Shown here: positions 21,282 to 31,495 of the stretch, one piece after another
Layout of the letters: each line of letters opens with the position of its first letter
Position numbering within the stretch: the first letter of the stretch is position 1
Assembly: GCA_963806535.1 (NCBI GenBank)
Contig: CAWDYC010000003.1
Span: 440,928 to 504,927, forward strand
Reading direction: 5' to 3'
From: Candidatus Bathyarchaeota archaeon
GTDB lineage: Archaea > Thermoproteota > Bathyarchaeia > Bathyarchaeales > Bathycorpusculaceae
Length of the DNA stretch: 64,000 bases
Translations under genes and position numbers: made by a program
Notes under the pieces: generated by a model
What the model saw: the letters and a program-made list of their open reading frames with translations, nothing else
Told to the model about the DNA's origin: nothing
Database searches by the model: none

Positions 21282-21368
21282 AAAAGTTTGGCAAGCGCAT
21301 GCTTAAAACTTATAAAGTAGCCAATAGTTCATTCATATTTCAATAGTTTATGTTGAGAAGAGAATAAC

Positions 21369-22622
21369 ATGAGTAACACTAGCAAAGCTTTACCTAAGCA
21401 GCCAGAAGTCAACGTAGGCACCATAGGCCACGTAGACCATGGCAAAACAACCTTGGTACAAGCATTAACTGGTGTTTGGGCTTCTCGGCACAGCGAAGAA
21501 CTCAAAAGAGGCATCACCATAAAACTCGGTTATGCCGACATGCCTATTTACAAATGTCCAAAATGTGAACCACCAAAAAACTTTACGATCAAACCTTATT
21601 GTGAATTCTGCAATTCTGAAGCTGAATTTGTTCGAGCGATAAGTTTTGTTGACGCACCTGGCCATGAAGCATTAATGGCCACGATGCTTTCAGGTGCAGC
21701 AATTATGGATGGTGCGATTTTGGTTATTGCTGCTGACGAACCATGCCCTCAACCGCAGACACGAGAGCATCTAGCAGCTGCCGAAGTTAGCGGTATAAAG
21801 AATTTGATTATTGTTCAGAACAAAATCGATATTGTAGATGAGAAAAGGGCACTTGAAAGTTATAAAGAAATCAAAAATTTCATCAAAGGTACAGTGGCTG
21901 AGAAAGCGCCAATTATTCCAATCTCAGCCCAGCGAGGAATAAATATAGACGTACTGCTAAATGCTATTCAAACAATAATCCCTACTCCAAAAAGAGACGA
22001 AACCAAACAGCCCCTTATGTTCATAATCCGTTCTTTCGATATTAACAAACCCGGAACCACTATTGAAACATTAGAAGGCGGGATTATTGGTGGAACCATT
22101 GCTCAAGGAAAATTTGTCGTTGGCGAAGAAATAGAAATTCGCCCAGGCATCAGTGCCGAAAGAGAAGGAAAAACAGTTTATGATCCACTAATAAGTGAAA
22201 TAGTAAGTTTGAATGCTGGCGAGCAAAGCGTCAAAGAAGCAACTTGCGGAGGACTAATAGGAGTAGGAACTTGCCTTGATCCCTCTTACGCAAAAGCAGA
22301 CGGTCTAACAGGCAGCATTGCAGGAAAGGCTGGAATGCTTCCACCAACATTAACAGAGCTCACTTTAGAAACTCATGTTTTAGAGCGAGCAGTAGGAACC
22401 AAAGACTTATTGAAAGTTGAAAAATTTAATCCTGACGAAGTTCTGCTGCTTCACGTTGGTTCAGCAGTAAACGTTGGTAAAATTCTCTCAATTAAACAAA
22501 ACGTGATAAAAGTCAAGTTAACAAGGCCTATTTGTGCGTTGCCAGGTTCCAGAGTTGCAATTAGCAGAAAAATTACTGCTCGCTGGAGACTCATCGGATA
22601 CGGGCTTATTGTAACAAAATAA
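21369..22622 (+). CDS. eif2g: Translation initiation factor aIF2 gamma subunit
   Basis: QPEVNVGTIGHVDHGKTT, RGITIKLGYAD, Zn knuckle, DAPGHE, QNKID, WRLIGYG. Confidence 0.97.
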   Translation: MSNTSKALPKQPEVNVGTIGHVDHGKTTLVQALTGVWASRHSEELKRGITIKLGYADMPIYKCPKCEPPKNFTIKPYCEFCNSEAEFVRAISFVDAPGHEALMATMLSGAAIMDGAILVIAADEPCPQPQTREHLAAAEVSGIKNLIIVQNKIDIVDEKRALESYKEIKNFIKGTVAEKAPIIPISAQRGINIDVLLNAIQTIIPTPKRDETKQPLMFIIRSFDINKPGTTIETLEGGIIGGTIAQGKFVVGEEIEIRPGISAEREGKTVYDPLISEIVSLNAGEQSVKEATCGGLIGVGTCLDPSYAKADGLTGSIAGKAGMLPPTLTELTLETHVLERAVGTKDLLKVEKFNPDEVLLLHVGSAVNVGKILSIKQNVIKVKLTRPICALPGSRVAISRKITARWRLIGYGLIVTK

Positions 22623-22630
22623 AAAAATGC

Positions 22631-23092
22631 CTAATCTGTAGGCTTTATTAAACCGTTCTTCTTCAAAAAATCTTGCGCCTTTTGAAGAGTATCTTTAGCG
22701 TTTTTGAAAGAGAGTTTTTCCATTGCATGCTGGTAATCTAACCAAACATAACCTACATGTTCAAAGGACAACTGTACTTTGTCAGTGTATGATTCCATAA
22801 CAAAAAATACTACTTCTTTGTTGACCGTTAAACCCTGTCTACGGTAAAAATAAGTGATTGGTTCTCTAAAGCCTTCTATGAATTGAGCATCAACTATGCC
22901 TGTTTCCTCTTGTAGTTCGCGAACTACGGTTTGCTTTTCATTTTCGTCTGGTTCAACGTTGCCTTTAACAAAATCCCAATGTCCTGCCGCATAATTAAGA
23001 AGAAGATATTTTGTCACGTCATCCTTCTTGAAGAAAATTACTGCGCCACAAGATTTCTCGCGAAGCATACATTTCACCCAACTGTTGCTCAA
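22631..23092 (-). CDS. Nudix hydrolase (Ap4A hydrolase-like)
   Basis: EKSCGAV; HWDFVKG...E...RELQEETGI Nudix box; LSFEH. Confidence 0.88.
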   Translation of the reverse strand: MSNSWVKCMLREKSCGAVIFFKKDDVTKYLLLNYAAGHWDFVKGNVEPDENEKQTVVRELQEETGIVDAQFIEGFREPITYFYRRQGLTVNKEVVFFVMESYTDKVQLSFEHVGYVWLDYQHAMEKLSFKNAKDTLQKAQDFLKKNGLIKPTD

Positions 23093-23216
23093 TTCAATTA
23101 CTTATTGTATTTAAACTGATAGCAAGTTTGAGGTTAAAGGGCAATTAAATCAATTATGAAGTATTAAAAATTTTTAAGTGTGGAAACAAATTTTTATGAA
23201 ATAGGAGCCGCATTAA

Positions 23217-23639
23217 GTGTCCACGTCACCAAAGAAAAAAGAGACACTAAAAATAATTTTAGATTCAAATGCGTTTTTTGTTTCCTTAGAGTTTAAAATA
23301 GATATTTTTTCCGAAGTTGAAGGTCTGTTAAATCGAAACGTTAATTTTGTTTTGCTATCTCCTGTAAAGCGCGAACTTGAACTTCTATCTGCCAAAGAAT
23401 CTCCTAAAATTCGCAGGGAAGCTGCTTACGCCTTAAAGCTTGCTGAAAAATGTCAATACGTTCCTGTTGATAATGACGAAAAACAAAGAACAGATGACAT
23501 TATAGTTAAGGTAGCTAAAGCTTGGAATTCGCCTGTATTTACCAACGATAGTCAACTACGAAAGAGGCTAAGAGATATAAGCGTCCCAGTGATTTATCTG
23601 AGACAAAAATCTCGCTTAGAGATTGACGGATTGATATAA
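23217..23639 (+). CDS. PIN-domain protein (Fcf1/Utp24-like)
   Basis: IILDSN...V..EL...TDD...FTND..LRKRL; conserved position before rpoE1. Confidence 0.85.
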   Translation: MSTSPKKKETLKIILDSNAFFVSLEFKIDIFSEVEGLLNRNVNFVLLSPVKRELELLSAKESPKIRREAAYALKLAEKCQYVPVDNDEKQRTDDIIVKVAKAWNSPVFTNDSQLRKRLRDISVPVIYLRQKSRLEIDGLI

Positions 23640-23641
23640 CC

Positions 23642-24226
23642 ATGTTTAAGCTCATAACACTTCAGGACACTATCCGCATTCCACCTGAAACTTTCGGCAA
23701 CCCATTGGAAAAAGTGGGACGCGAACAAGTCAAGCAGAAATACGAAGGCGTTGTTGACGAGGAATTAGGGTATGTAATTTCAGTTACAAGCATAGAAGTT
23801 AGCCCAATTGGGAAGATTATTCCAGGCGACGGCGCAACTTTTCACAAAGTAACATTTTCATTGTTAACATTCTACCCAGTAATTCAAGAAATCGTGGAAG
23901 GAGACGTGGTCGAAATCGCAGATTTCGGAGCTTTCGTCCGAATCGGACCCGTAGACGCATTGCTTCACGTTTCACAGCTTATGGACGACTATATCTCTTA
24001 TGACGAAAAGCAAGGAGTCCTGCTGGGAAAGGAAAGTAAAAGAAAAGTAACCACAGGCGACCAAGTACGTGTTAGAATAACAGCGGTTTCCCTCGGCAGA
24101 GCTGGAAGCTCTGGAAAAATCGGTGTTACAGCCAGGCAGCCATTCCTAGGTAAACTTGACTGGCTAAAGGAGACACCTCCAGTTCCAGAAAAGAAACAGG
24201 CTGAAGGCAAAGAAAAAGTCGCATAA
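23642..24226 (+). CDS. rpoE1: RNA polymerase subunit Rpo7 (E')
   Basis: DTIRIPP, GKIIPGDGA, FGAFVRIGPVDALLHVSQ, RQPFLGKLDW. Confidence 0.96.
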   Translation: MFKLITLQDTIRIPPETFGNPLEKVGREQVKQKYEGVVDEELGYVISVTSIEVSPIGKIIPGDGATFHKVTFSLLTFYPVIQEIVEGDVVEIADFGAFVRIGPVDALLHVSQLMDDYISYDEKQGVLLGKESKRKVTTGDQVRVRITAVSLGRAGSSGKIGVTARQPFLGKLDWLKETPPVPEKKQAEGKEKVA

Positions 24227-24242
24227 ATCGGAGTGAAATTGA

Positions 24243-24428
24243 ATGAGTGAAAAATCATGCACTACCTGTCATTTCATAACAAAAGATAATGTATGCCCTA
24301 AATGTCGATCCACAAATTTTAGCGAAGATTTCAGCGGTTTAGTTGTAATGTTCGACCCAGAAAACTCAGCTATCGCAAAAGCCATGAACATAAAAGAAAA
24401 AGGCAGATATGCACTAAAAGTGCGTTAA
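24243..24428 (+). CDS. spt4: Transcription elongation factor Spt4
   Basis: CTTC...CPKC, DPENSAIAK, GRYALKVR. Confidence 0.95.
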   Translation: MSEKSCTTCHFITKDNVCPKCRSTNFSEDFSGLVVMFDPENSAIAKAMNIKEKGRYALKVR

Positions 24429-24496
24429 TTCTATTTTTAACACAGCATGGTAACTTTGACAACCCTCAAACTTTGGAGCCTTTAAGGTAAAAATCC

Positions 24497-25045
24497 ATGA
24501 CGGTTGCCTACAGAATTACACCAAAGCTTCGAACGAAATTCAAAGAACCTTTCGGCATTTTAATTCAAGGCGCATTTAATGAAACGATGAGTAAAATGAA
24601 AGAGTTGGTCGATTGCGAGAAACCGCAAACGCTAATTTCTGTTGGAGATGTGGTTTCTCATAACTTGCATGAACACAATGTTCACCCTCAAATAACAATT
24701 ATTGATAATAAATTTCTTAGAACCAAAAGCATGCCTGAAGCGGGGTCAGCTGAAAAAACAGTGAATGTAAATAATCCTAAGGGAACTATCACTGAAGAAT
24801 CAATTTTAGCTATCAAGGAAGCCATTGAAAAAAAACTGCACACCCACATTGTTGTTAAGGGTGAGGAGGATTTGCTTACTCTAATCGCTGTTCTGTATGC
24901 TCCGGAAAACGCTTTCGTGGTTTATGGGCAACCTTATACAGGTATTGTCGTTGTCAAAGTAACAGCCGAAAAGAAGGCTCAGGCTCAAGAATTCTTAAAT
25001 GCCATGAAACCCTTAGAAAAGCTAAATAAGAAGAAAACTGTATGA
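24497..25045 (+). CDS. GTP-dependent dephospho-CoA kinase (DUF359)
   Basis: SVGDVVS, NPKGTIT, GEEDLLTL, VYGQP. Confidence 0.9.
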   Translation: MTVAYRITPKLRTKFKEPFGILIQGAFNETMSKMKELVDCEKPQTLISVGDVVSHNLHEHNVHPQITIIDNKFLRTKSMPEAGSAEKTVNVNNPKGTITEESILAIKEAIEKKLHTHIVVKGEEDLLTLIAVLYAPENAFVVYGQPYTGIVVVKVTAEKKAQAQEFLNAMKPLEKLNKKKTV

Positions 25046-25070
25046 ACTTTACGCCTTAAAGTGAATAATA

Positions 25071-25382
25071 ATGCAAATCAAAATTGAATCAAGCAAAAAT
25101 AACCCGCTTCTGAAACGTAAAGAAGTAGTTTTTACGATTATTCAAGGTCCAAAAGAAAAGACGCCCCCAAGGCTAGAAGTAAAAAGGGCCGTAGCAATTG
25201 AAATGAAGACCGCTGATGAAGTAGTTTTCATTAAGAGAATGCACACAAAAACGGGAACGAGCATTACAACAGGAGACGCTAACGTTTACCAAAATGTTGC
25301 GCAAGCTACAATGGTGGAACCTGAATATATCAGGAAACGTAACAGTCCACCTGAAAAACCCAAAGAAGAGGCTCCAGCATAA
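25071..25382 (+). CDS. rps24e: 30S ribosomal protein S24e (eS24)
   Basis: NPLLKRKEV, TP.R.EV, EPEYIRKRN. Confidence 0.93.
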   Translation: MQIKIESSKNNPLLKRKEVVFTIIQGPKEKTPPRLEVKRAVAIEMKTADEVVFIKRMHTKTGTSITTGDANVYQNVAQATMVEPEYIRKRNSPPEKPKEEAPA

Positions 25383-25663
25383 TGTCCAAAAAAGCACCAG
25401 TAAAGAAAGAAGAAGCACCTGCGGCAGCACCACCAGCAACGGCAGAAGCAGCGCCAGCAGCAAAACCTCAGAAAGCAGAGAAGAAAAGAGAAAAGAAACA
25501 TAAAGTAGAGAAAGGGATTCATGCTATGTACAAGGTTGAAGGAGACAAATGCAATAAAGCTCGTCCAACATGCGAGCGATGTGGACCAGGATTCTTCATG
25601 GGCGATCATCATGACAGGTACACTTGCGGCCACTGCGGCTTTACTCGTTATAAGCAAAAATAA
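25382..25663 (+). CDS. rps27ae: 30S ribosomal protein S27ae (eS31) with N-terminal extension
   Basis: CERCGPGFFMGDHHDRYTCGHCGFT. Confidence 0.93.
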   Translation: MSKKAPVKKEEAPAAAPPATAEAAPAAKPQKAEKKREKKHKVEKGIHAMYKVEGDKCNKARPTCERCGPGFFMGDHHDRYTCGHCGFTRYKQK

Positions 25664-25699
25664 GCAGTTTTAAATTCACCTCTGCAGGATTAGGTTCTG

Positions 25700-26137
25700 A
25701 TGACAGAAATGCTTAGAGTTAACGTCCTTATTACCAGCATTTCGGCTGAACGATTTTGGGACATCAGAAAACCGATACCGCCTATTCAGATAAACACAAA
25801 CATTAATGTTGTTGGCATGGAAAAGAAACAAGATGGAACTTTAGAGGTACCTTTTGTTTTGTCAATTGGATTTAATCCCTCTATAGCTCAAATGAGCATT
25901 AAAGGAAATGCACTTGTTAATGGCGAAAAAAACGAGATTGACAAAGCCCTAAAAGATTATGAGCAGAAAAAGCCACCGCCACAGATAATAATTCAGTCAG
26001 TTTCCAACGTTGTCTTTATTGAATCTGTGCTCATATCTAGAATACTGAATCTTCCTCCACCGATTCCGCTGCCACAGATTCCTGAAACTGGAAAACCGCC
26101 AAGCTCTAAGCCCGAAGGCAGAGACTACAGTGCTTGA
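25700..26137 (+). CDS. Conserved archaeal hypothetical protein (possibly SecB-like fold)
   Basis: Beta-rich N-terminal half, then a helix and LNLPPPIPLP. Confidence 0.6.
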   Translation: MTEMLRVNVLITSISAERFWDIRKPIPPIQINTNINVVGMEKKQDGTLEVPFVLSIGFNPSIAQMSIKGNALVNGEKNEIDKALKDYEQKKPPPQIIIQSVSNVVFIESVLISRILNLPPPIPLPQIPETGKPPSSKPEGRDYSA

Positions 26138-26142
26138 GATAT

Positions 26143-27644
26143 TCAAAGGAATCCTTTAAATTTCCTCGCTACAGCATCAACTATTCTTAGTTCAATTGGA
26201 AAACTAAAGTTCCTTTTTTTCCATCTGTATTTAGCAATTCTATTCAAAATAGTGTATGCAAACTTGTAAGTAATAGCGCGCTCCCTGATTCGGGATTCTG
26301 GATAAAATGCCAGACGAGTAACAGCGGAAATAGTATGTAACTTTTCCACTTGGGCTTTGCTATGCCAAGGTGGATCAAAATGGAAAACTTGAATGTTTCC
26401 CCAGTCTTCAAGCGACTGAGGGGATTCATATTGTCCAGATAAAAGATCCATAACTGGACTGGGAAACGGAGTATAAACAAATATACCATAATGTTGTGTC
26501 TTAGGATTTACCTCTGACATTTTATCCATTAAATTGAAAGTCTGGTTCAAGTCTTCATCAGTTTCGCCTGGGAGACCACTCATCCAAGATACATACGGCT
26601 CAATAGAAGGTGCCCATCGACGGAGATTCGCAACTGATTCCAACATTTGATTTGCCGTAACATCTTTACAGATAAGCCGTTGCAACCGATCTGAACCTGA
26701 CTCGCCACCAAAATCCAACTCAACACATCCAGATTTCTACCAAAAGCTCAAGAAAATCTTTATTATAAGTAGAAAGGTAATCAAATCGGCAGTTACCACG
26801 CCATTGAATCCCGAGTTTGCGATCTAAAATTCCGTGGCATATTTCTTCGACACGTTTTTTGTCAACAAAAACATTATCGTCGATTGGGTCAATTATTCTT
26901 ACATTAGGAAACTTGGTCAATATGTATTCGATTTCGTCTAGCACTCGTTTTGCACTTTTGGCTCTCCATTTATTTTTGTTAAAGTAGCTGTTATAGCAGA
27001 ACCCGCATCTGTGAGGACAACCTCGGCTTGTTTGGATATGAAAGCGACCTGATTTAACTGATGGATACTTGTCCATTTGGAGCAAATCATAGGGCAAAGC
27101 TATCGGTTCTGCGTCCAAATCTATGATTTTCCCGTCTGGGTTATTTTTGATTAAACCATTTGAGTTGTAAGTTATTCCTGAAACGTTATCGAGCGGCTCG
27201 ATTTAACGCAAGTGCATTCGCTAAGTCTTTAATTATTAATTCTCCTTCCCCTCGGACAACAATATCAACATAGTCGTTGCATGCTGTTTGCTCAGGCAAC
27301 AATGTCGGGTGAATACCTCCCCAAACAAGAAGAGATGACGGAGCCTGTATTCTCGCATGGCGGGCAAATTCTAAGGCATACTTGATTTGCAATCCACTCA
27401 TGCAACTTATACCTACAAAAATTGGGTTTCCGACTTCAAAATGACGATAATCTTCAAGTCGCATATCAAAAATGCGAACCGTAAAACCTTCTTCCTGAAG
27501 TGAAGCGGCTAAGTATAAAAGTGAAAGAGGAATCTGAGGGTCAGGCGCTTTGAACTTTCCTGGAAAAACGAGCAAAACATCCTTTCTATTATTTCCAGTA
27601 TGTATACTGCAGAATTGGGACAAACATGTTTGAGGACTGAACAC
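26143..27644 (-). CDS. B12-binding radical SAM protein (two frameshifts, ~27185 and ~26735)
   Basis: PLSLLYLAA and WGGIHPT (B12-binding domain), TSRGCPHRCGFC (CxxxCxxC), G.ESGS and GLPGET, spread over three consecutive ORFs. Confidence 0.88.
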
Positions 27645-27796
27645 GCCAAAAAAAACCTCGTAGTAAACTAGTTTGATTAGGCTTTTTTAATCTTTCCTAA
27701 TTTTGAACATCAGTACTATAATCATTTTAAAGAGCAATAAGCTTAGAAAAGTATGTGTTAAAGAATTAAAGAAAAAAGCAAAAAATGAAAACAGGT

Positions 27797-28201
27797 TTAT
27801 TTTAGCGGCACATACATTGATGAACGTGATGCACCAATACCTGGCGTACCATGTCTAACAGGCTTGTTAGTTATGGCAAATTCTCCGAGGTAATGCCCAA
27901 TCATTTCTGGCTTGATTTCCATTGCAACAAATTCTTTGCCGTTGTGCACTTGAATTTTTACGCTCACCATTTCAGGTAGTATAATAAGGTCGCGAACGTG
28001 CGTTTTGATGCTGGCTTCTTTGCCCTGTTTTTGTTCTTCTTTGGCTTCCCGCAGTTTTTCCAGCAGTATGCGTTGTTCCGGAGTTAAGCCTCGCTGTAAA
28101 CTTCTTCGTTGGCGTGAAGGAAGCAGATTTATGAATTCATCCATAGACATTCCTGTCAAACTGATCAAGCTGTGTCCGCGGTAACTAAATTCTTTAGGCA
28201 T
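27797..28201 (-). CDS. rps19p: 30S ribosomal protein S19 (uS19)
   Basis: [43 protein letters not shown]. Confidence 0.97.
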   Translation of the reverse strand: MPKEFSYRGHSLISLTGMSMDEFINLLPSRQRRSLQRGLTPEQRILLEKLREAKEEQKQGKEASIKTHVRDLIILPEMVSVKIQVHNGKEFVAMEIKPEMIGHYLGEFAITNKPVRHGTPGIGASRSSMYVPLK

Positions 28202-28254
28202 TTTTCATCTTCACCTTAAACTTATTTTAAACGCTATAAACCTTCTGCCAAGCC

Positions 28255-28995
28255 CTAACGAATTGCTCGTTTCTTCTTTTGTCCTGGGCCTCGAGCTGCG
28301 ATTAAGCCGACTTTTTGTCCTGGTGGAGCGCCGTGTGAAGTTGTTGTGCATCTGCGAGAGCTTCGTTTGCTGCTACCGTATGGGTGGCATGCTGGAACCA
28401 TTTTGCGTCCGCTAACTCTAGGATACTTGTGACCTTTAGCTTTCATTAAATGGAACATCGAACCTGCTTTAAGGAAAGGCTTATCAATTCTTCCGGCGGC
28501 AGAAACTACACCTACAGTTGTTAAGCAGTAATCATCCACATATCGTGTTCTTCCGGAGGGCAATCGAATCATTGTACCTTGTGGAGTGTGACCAACTACA
28601 GTTGCGTAAGTGCCTGAAGCCTTTGCTATTTTTCCGCCATCGCCCGGACGAAGCTCTAGATCGCAAACTATGGTTCCTTCAGGTACTTTTCCTAAAGGAA
28701 TAATGTTGCCTATTTCAGCCGGAGCTTTTCCGCCGTATAAGATTTGTTGCCCAATAGAGATGCCTTCAGGGGCAGTTGTGTAACATGATAAGCCATTTTC
28801 AAATTTAACCAATGATAAAGGTGCTCCGCTACCGGGATTGTGCATAAGAGCTTCAATTTTGCCCGTTAAGGAAGCTTCAAAAGATAGTTTGGGCGCCATT
28901 ATTGGATATTTTGCAGGCGCAACACGTTTGTGAGTCGAAGCGCGCCAGTTTTGGCCACCGCGACCGCGTCTTTGAACACGAATTCGTTTTCCCAT
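28255..28995 (-). CDS. rpl2p: 50S ribosomal protein L2 (uL2)
   Basis: MGKRIRVQRRGRG, RPGDGGKIAKASG, APPGQKVGLIAAR. Confidence 0.97.
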   Translation of the reverse strand: MGKRIRVQRRGRGGQNWRASTHKRVAPAKYPIMAPKLSFEASLTGKIEALMHNPGSGAPLSLVKFENGLSCYTTAPEGISIGQQILYGGKAPAEIGNIIPLGKVPEGTIVCDLELRPGDGGKIAKASGTYATVVGHTPQGTMIRLPSGRTRYVDDYCLTTVGVVSAAGRIDKPFLKAGSMFHLMKAKGHKYPRVSGRKMVPACHPYGSSKRSSRRCTTTSHGAPPGQKVGLIAARGPGQKKKRAIR

Positions 28996-29017
28996 AAGTC
29001 ATGCCTTCTAAATTATT

Positions 29018-29278
29018 TTATAGTATTCCGAGTTTAATTGCGACGTCTGAAGCTTTGAATTCAGGTGTAAGTTTCACAAATGCTTTTTTTACGCCTTGTG
29101 GAGTGACAAGCAGGTTTACTTTTCGTACTTTAACTTCATAGAGTTCTTCAACTGCTTTTTTGATGTCACTTTTTCCTGCTTTCAAATTAACAATGAAAAT
29201 GAGTTTGTTGTCTCTTTCAACCATTAAGCTGGCGGATTCCGTCATTAATGGGAATGAAATTACTTCGTTGGCGTCCAT
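29018..29278 (-). CDS. rpl23p: 50S ribosomal protein L23 (uL23)
   Basis: P.MTE, IKKAVEELYEVKV, G.KKAFVKL. Confidence 0.96.
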   Translation of the reverse strand: MDANEVISFPLMTESASLMVERDNKLIFIVNLKAGKSDIKKAVEELYEVKVRKVNLLVTPQGVKKAFVKLTPEFKASDVAIKLGIL

Positions 29279-30072
29279 TATGCTTTTTCTCCTTTACTGT
29301 AAATTTTCTCTAATGATTCAATTGCGCTATTTGACCATAGCGTTAATCTTCCTGGATGAGTCCCTGGTGCTAACATTTCTGTATTGAGATTAGCAACCGA
29401 AGTAACTTGAACACCTGGAACGTTACATGCTGCACCAGCTAAGCCTTTACCGTTAACCACAACAATTAGTGGACCAACAGCTTGCTTCATTTTTCTACCT
29501 CTGTGCTTGCCTTTGCCTGCGCGGATTTTGCGGCTGTTTCTCACTCGAGTGATATCTTCCATAATGCCTAAACTTGTGAATGCTGCCTCAACGTCTTTAA
29601 CTTTTGTTAAGCCTTCGATAGCATCATCAACTATCAAGGGTATCTGAATTGCATTCTCGATCTTGTGACCGCGTAAAGCCACTGTATCTTTTTGTGCGGT
29701 GGCTGCAATTGCTGAGAATAATGCCAGTTTAGCTTCTTTCTTTGGAATGCTTTTTAGGATTTTCTTTTCGGCTCTTGGAGGGTGAGGTTGTCTTCCTTTT
29801 ACTGTACCTGGTGCAAAAGCTGCTCTTCCACTGCCGCCTTTTATGCGGGGGATTCTTGCGGTTCCGCTGCCTGTTCCACGTGATTCTGCAGTTGTTCTTT
29901 TTCCAGCCATTGGGTCTCTGCCTTGCGGTTGTATCCTGCTGGATTGTATGGCCAAGACTGCTCTTTTTATCACATCTGGTCTTAACGGAGTTGAGAAAAT
30001 GTTTGGAAGCTTTGTTTTTCCAGTTGATTTTCCTTGTAAGTCAAAGATTTCTGCGTTTTTTTGTTCTGGCAT
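29278..30072 (-). CDS. rpl4p: 50S ribosomal protein L4 (uL4)
   Basis: RPDVIKRAV, TTAESRGTG, RAGKGKHRGR, LAPGTHPGRLT. Confidence 0.96.
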   Translation of the reverse strand: MPEQKNAEIFDLQGKSTGKTKLPNIFSTPLRPDVIKRAVLAIQSSRIQPQGRDPMAGKRTTAESRGTGSGTARIPRIKGGSGRAAFAPGTVKGRQPHPPRAEKKILKSIPKKEAKLALFSAIAATAQKDTVALRGHKIENAIQIPLIVDDAIEGLTKVKDVEAAFTSLGIMEDITRVRNSRKIRAGKGKHRGRKMKQAVGPLIVVVNGKGLAGAACNVPGVQVTSVANLNTEMLAPGTHPGRLTLWSNSAIESLEKIYSKGEKA

Positions 30073-30083
30073 GGTTTTTCATC

Positions 30084-31097
30084 CTATTTTCCTTGTGGGG
30101 ACTCGAGAGACACATATGTAACTTGTGGTGGGACCTCTGGGATTTCTGTGGGTGGACGTGCTGGAACACGCAAGCGGATTTGGCGTTTTTCCGTACCTGG
30201 AATACTACCTTCAAGTAGTATGTATGGGCCTTTTACTTCGCCATATCGGATGTATCCGCCTTTAACGGTTACTTCTTTGCCGTCTTTGCCGATTTTTAAA
30301 ATGCGTTTATTAAATTCTATGCGTTGGTGATAACCCATTTGGCCTGCTCTTGGAATAGAGTACATTAAGTGATGTGGATTCCATGGTCCTAAAGTGGCGA
30401 TTCCACGTTTTGTTTTTCTGCCTTTATGCTGCAGACAAGTTACGCCCCAACGTTTAACTGGACCTTGGAAGCCTTTTCCAACAGTAATTCCGCCAATGTC
30501 AATGTATTGTCCATCTTTGAATACTTCTTCAGGCGCTATCGTTTTGCCTAAAAGTTGTTTAGCATATTCAAATTGCTGCGGAATTGTGCCTCCGCCGATT
30601 TGAATTTCGCAAACTTCAGGTTTTTTCTTTGAAAGGCTAGTTTGAGAAGGTTGTGTTGCTGTGATAATCCGAATGAAGCTTGTTAGGTCAAGGTTTTTCT
30701 GGATTTTTTCAAGCATGGCTTCGGTGTTGAAGCTTTCCGGAAGAACCAACAGTCGGTCTAGAATCGCTGGAGGATCTTTCATCCATGCTTCTCCAATGTT
30801 TTGGAGCCCGTATGGTGTTTTTGTGTAAGTTCTAATGCCACATGCAATGATTGGTGGCGTTTCTAGTATGGTTACTGCTCGCACAACTTCTTTACCAAAA
30901 TTAGGTGAACGTTTACGATCTTCAATAGTGAAGACGTATGTCATGCCTGCTTTGTAGGCTGAAAAACCTAAAAGTTTAGGAGAATCAGATTTGATTTTTG
31001 GCCAAAATCGGATTCGTGCAGTTGGTTTCTTGGCGCGTTTCCTAGGTAAATAAGCAAGTGAACCATGCTTTGGAGCGTGAGTTTTACGATGTCCCAT
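30084..31097 (-). CDS. rpl3p: 50S ribosomal protein L3 (uL3)
   Basis: HGSLAYLPRKRA, YKAGMT, GKGFQGPVKRWG, RAGQMGYHQR. Confidence 0.97.
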   Translation of the reverse strand: MGHRKTHAPKHGSLAYLPRKRAKKPTARIRFWPKIKSDSPKLLGFSAYKAGMTYVFTIEDRKRSPNFGKEVVRAVTILETPPIIACGIRTYTKTPYGLQNIGEAWMKDPPAILDRLLVLPESFNTEAMLEKIQKNLDLTSFIRIITATQPSQTSLSKKKPEVCEIQIGGGTIPQQFEYAKQLLGKTIAPEEVFKDGQYIDIGGITVGKGFQGPVKRWGVTCLQHKGRKTKRGIATLGPWNPHHLMYSIPRAGQMGYHQRIEFNKRILKIGKDGKEVTVKGGYIRYGEVKGPYILLEGSIPGTEKRQIRLRVPARPPTEIPEVPPQVTYVSLESPQGK

Positions 31098-31335
31098 AGT
31101 ACTTCCGCTTCGCGCCTTCAGCTAATAGTAAATTAAGTTATAAACGTTACCATTAGAAAAGAGAAAGCAAGCTATGTTTTGGAAAGCAAGTGATTTTTAG
31201 CTTTCTATATTCAAATTGACTATGTTTTATTTCCATTAATATTTTGCGGTCAGATTTTTTATATGCTATGCTTTGTTTCGGTCTCGTTTATTGCTGGAAA
31301 CGTTTTTACACCGCAGACACAATCGTTGTATTCAA

Positions 31336-31460
31336 GCCGGGGTGGCGGAGTGGTTATCGCGCTAGCCTCGAGATCTAACAAAAGAGGGCTAAAGCCAGAA
31401 AAGGCAAGACAGCTAGTGGGCTTCGCGCCCGCAGGGGTTCGAATCCCTTCCCCGGCGCCA
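31336..31460 (+). tRNA. tRNA-Ser(CGA) with a 38-nt intron at position 37/38 (31373-31410); integration target
   Basis: Acceptor stem GCCGGGG/CCCCGGC plus GCCA; CTAGC-CT-CGA-G^intron^A-GCTAG; long variable arm GGGCTTCGCGCCC; GTTCGAATC T loop. Confidence 0.92.
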
Positions 31461-31461
31461 T
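31437..31461 (+). repeat. attL core, 25-bp direct repeat
   Basis: GTTCGAATCCCTTCCCCGGCGCCAT (tRNA 3' end), identical to 52306-52330. Confidence 0.95.
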
Positions 31462-31495
31462 CAACATTCAATTGGACAAACCCCCGGTGGTCGGG

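Noticed and set aside
22631-23092. Nudix gene interrupting the aIF2g-PIN-rpoE1 cluster as a mobile insertion
   Set aside because: Composition is host-like and there are no flanking repeats; an ordinary rearrangement is sufficient.
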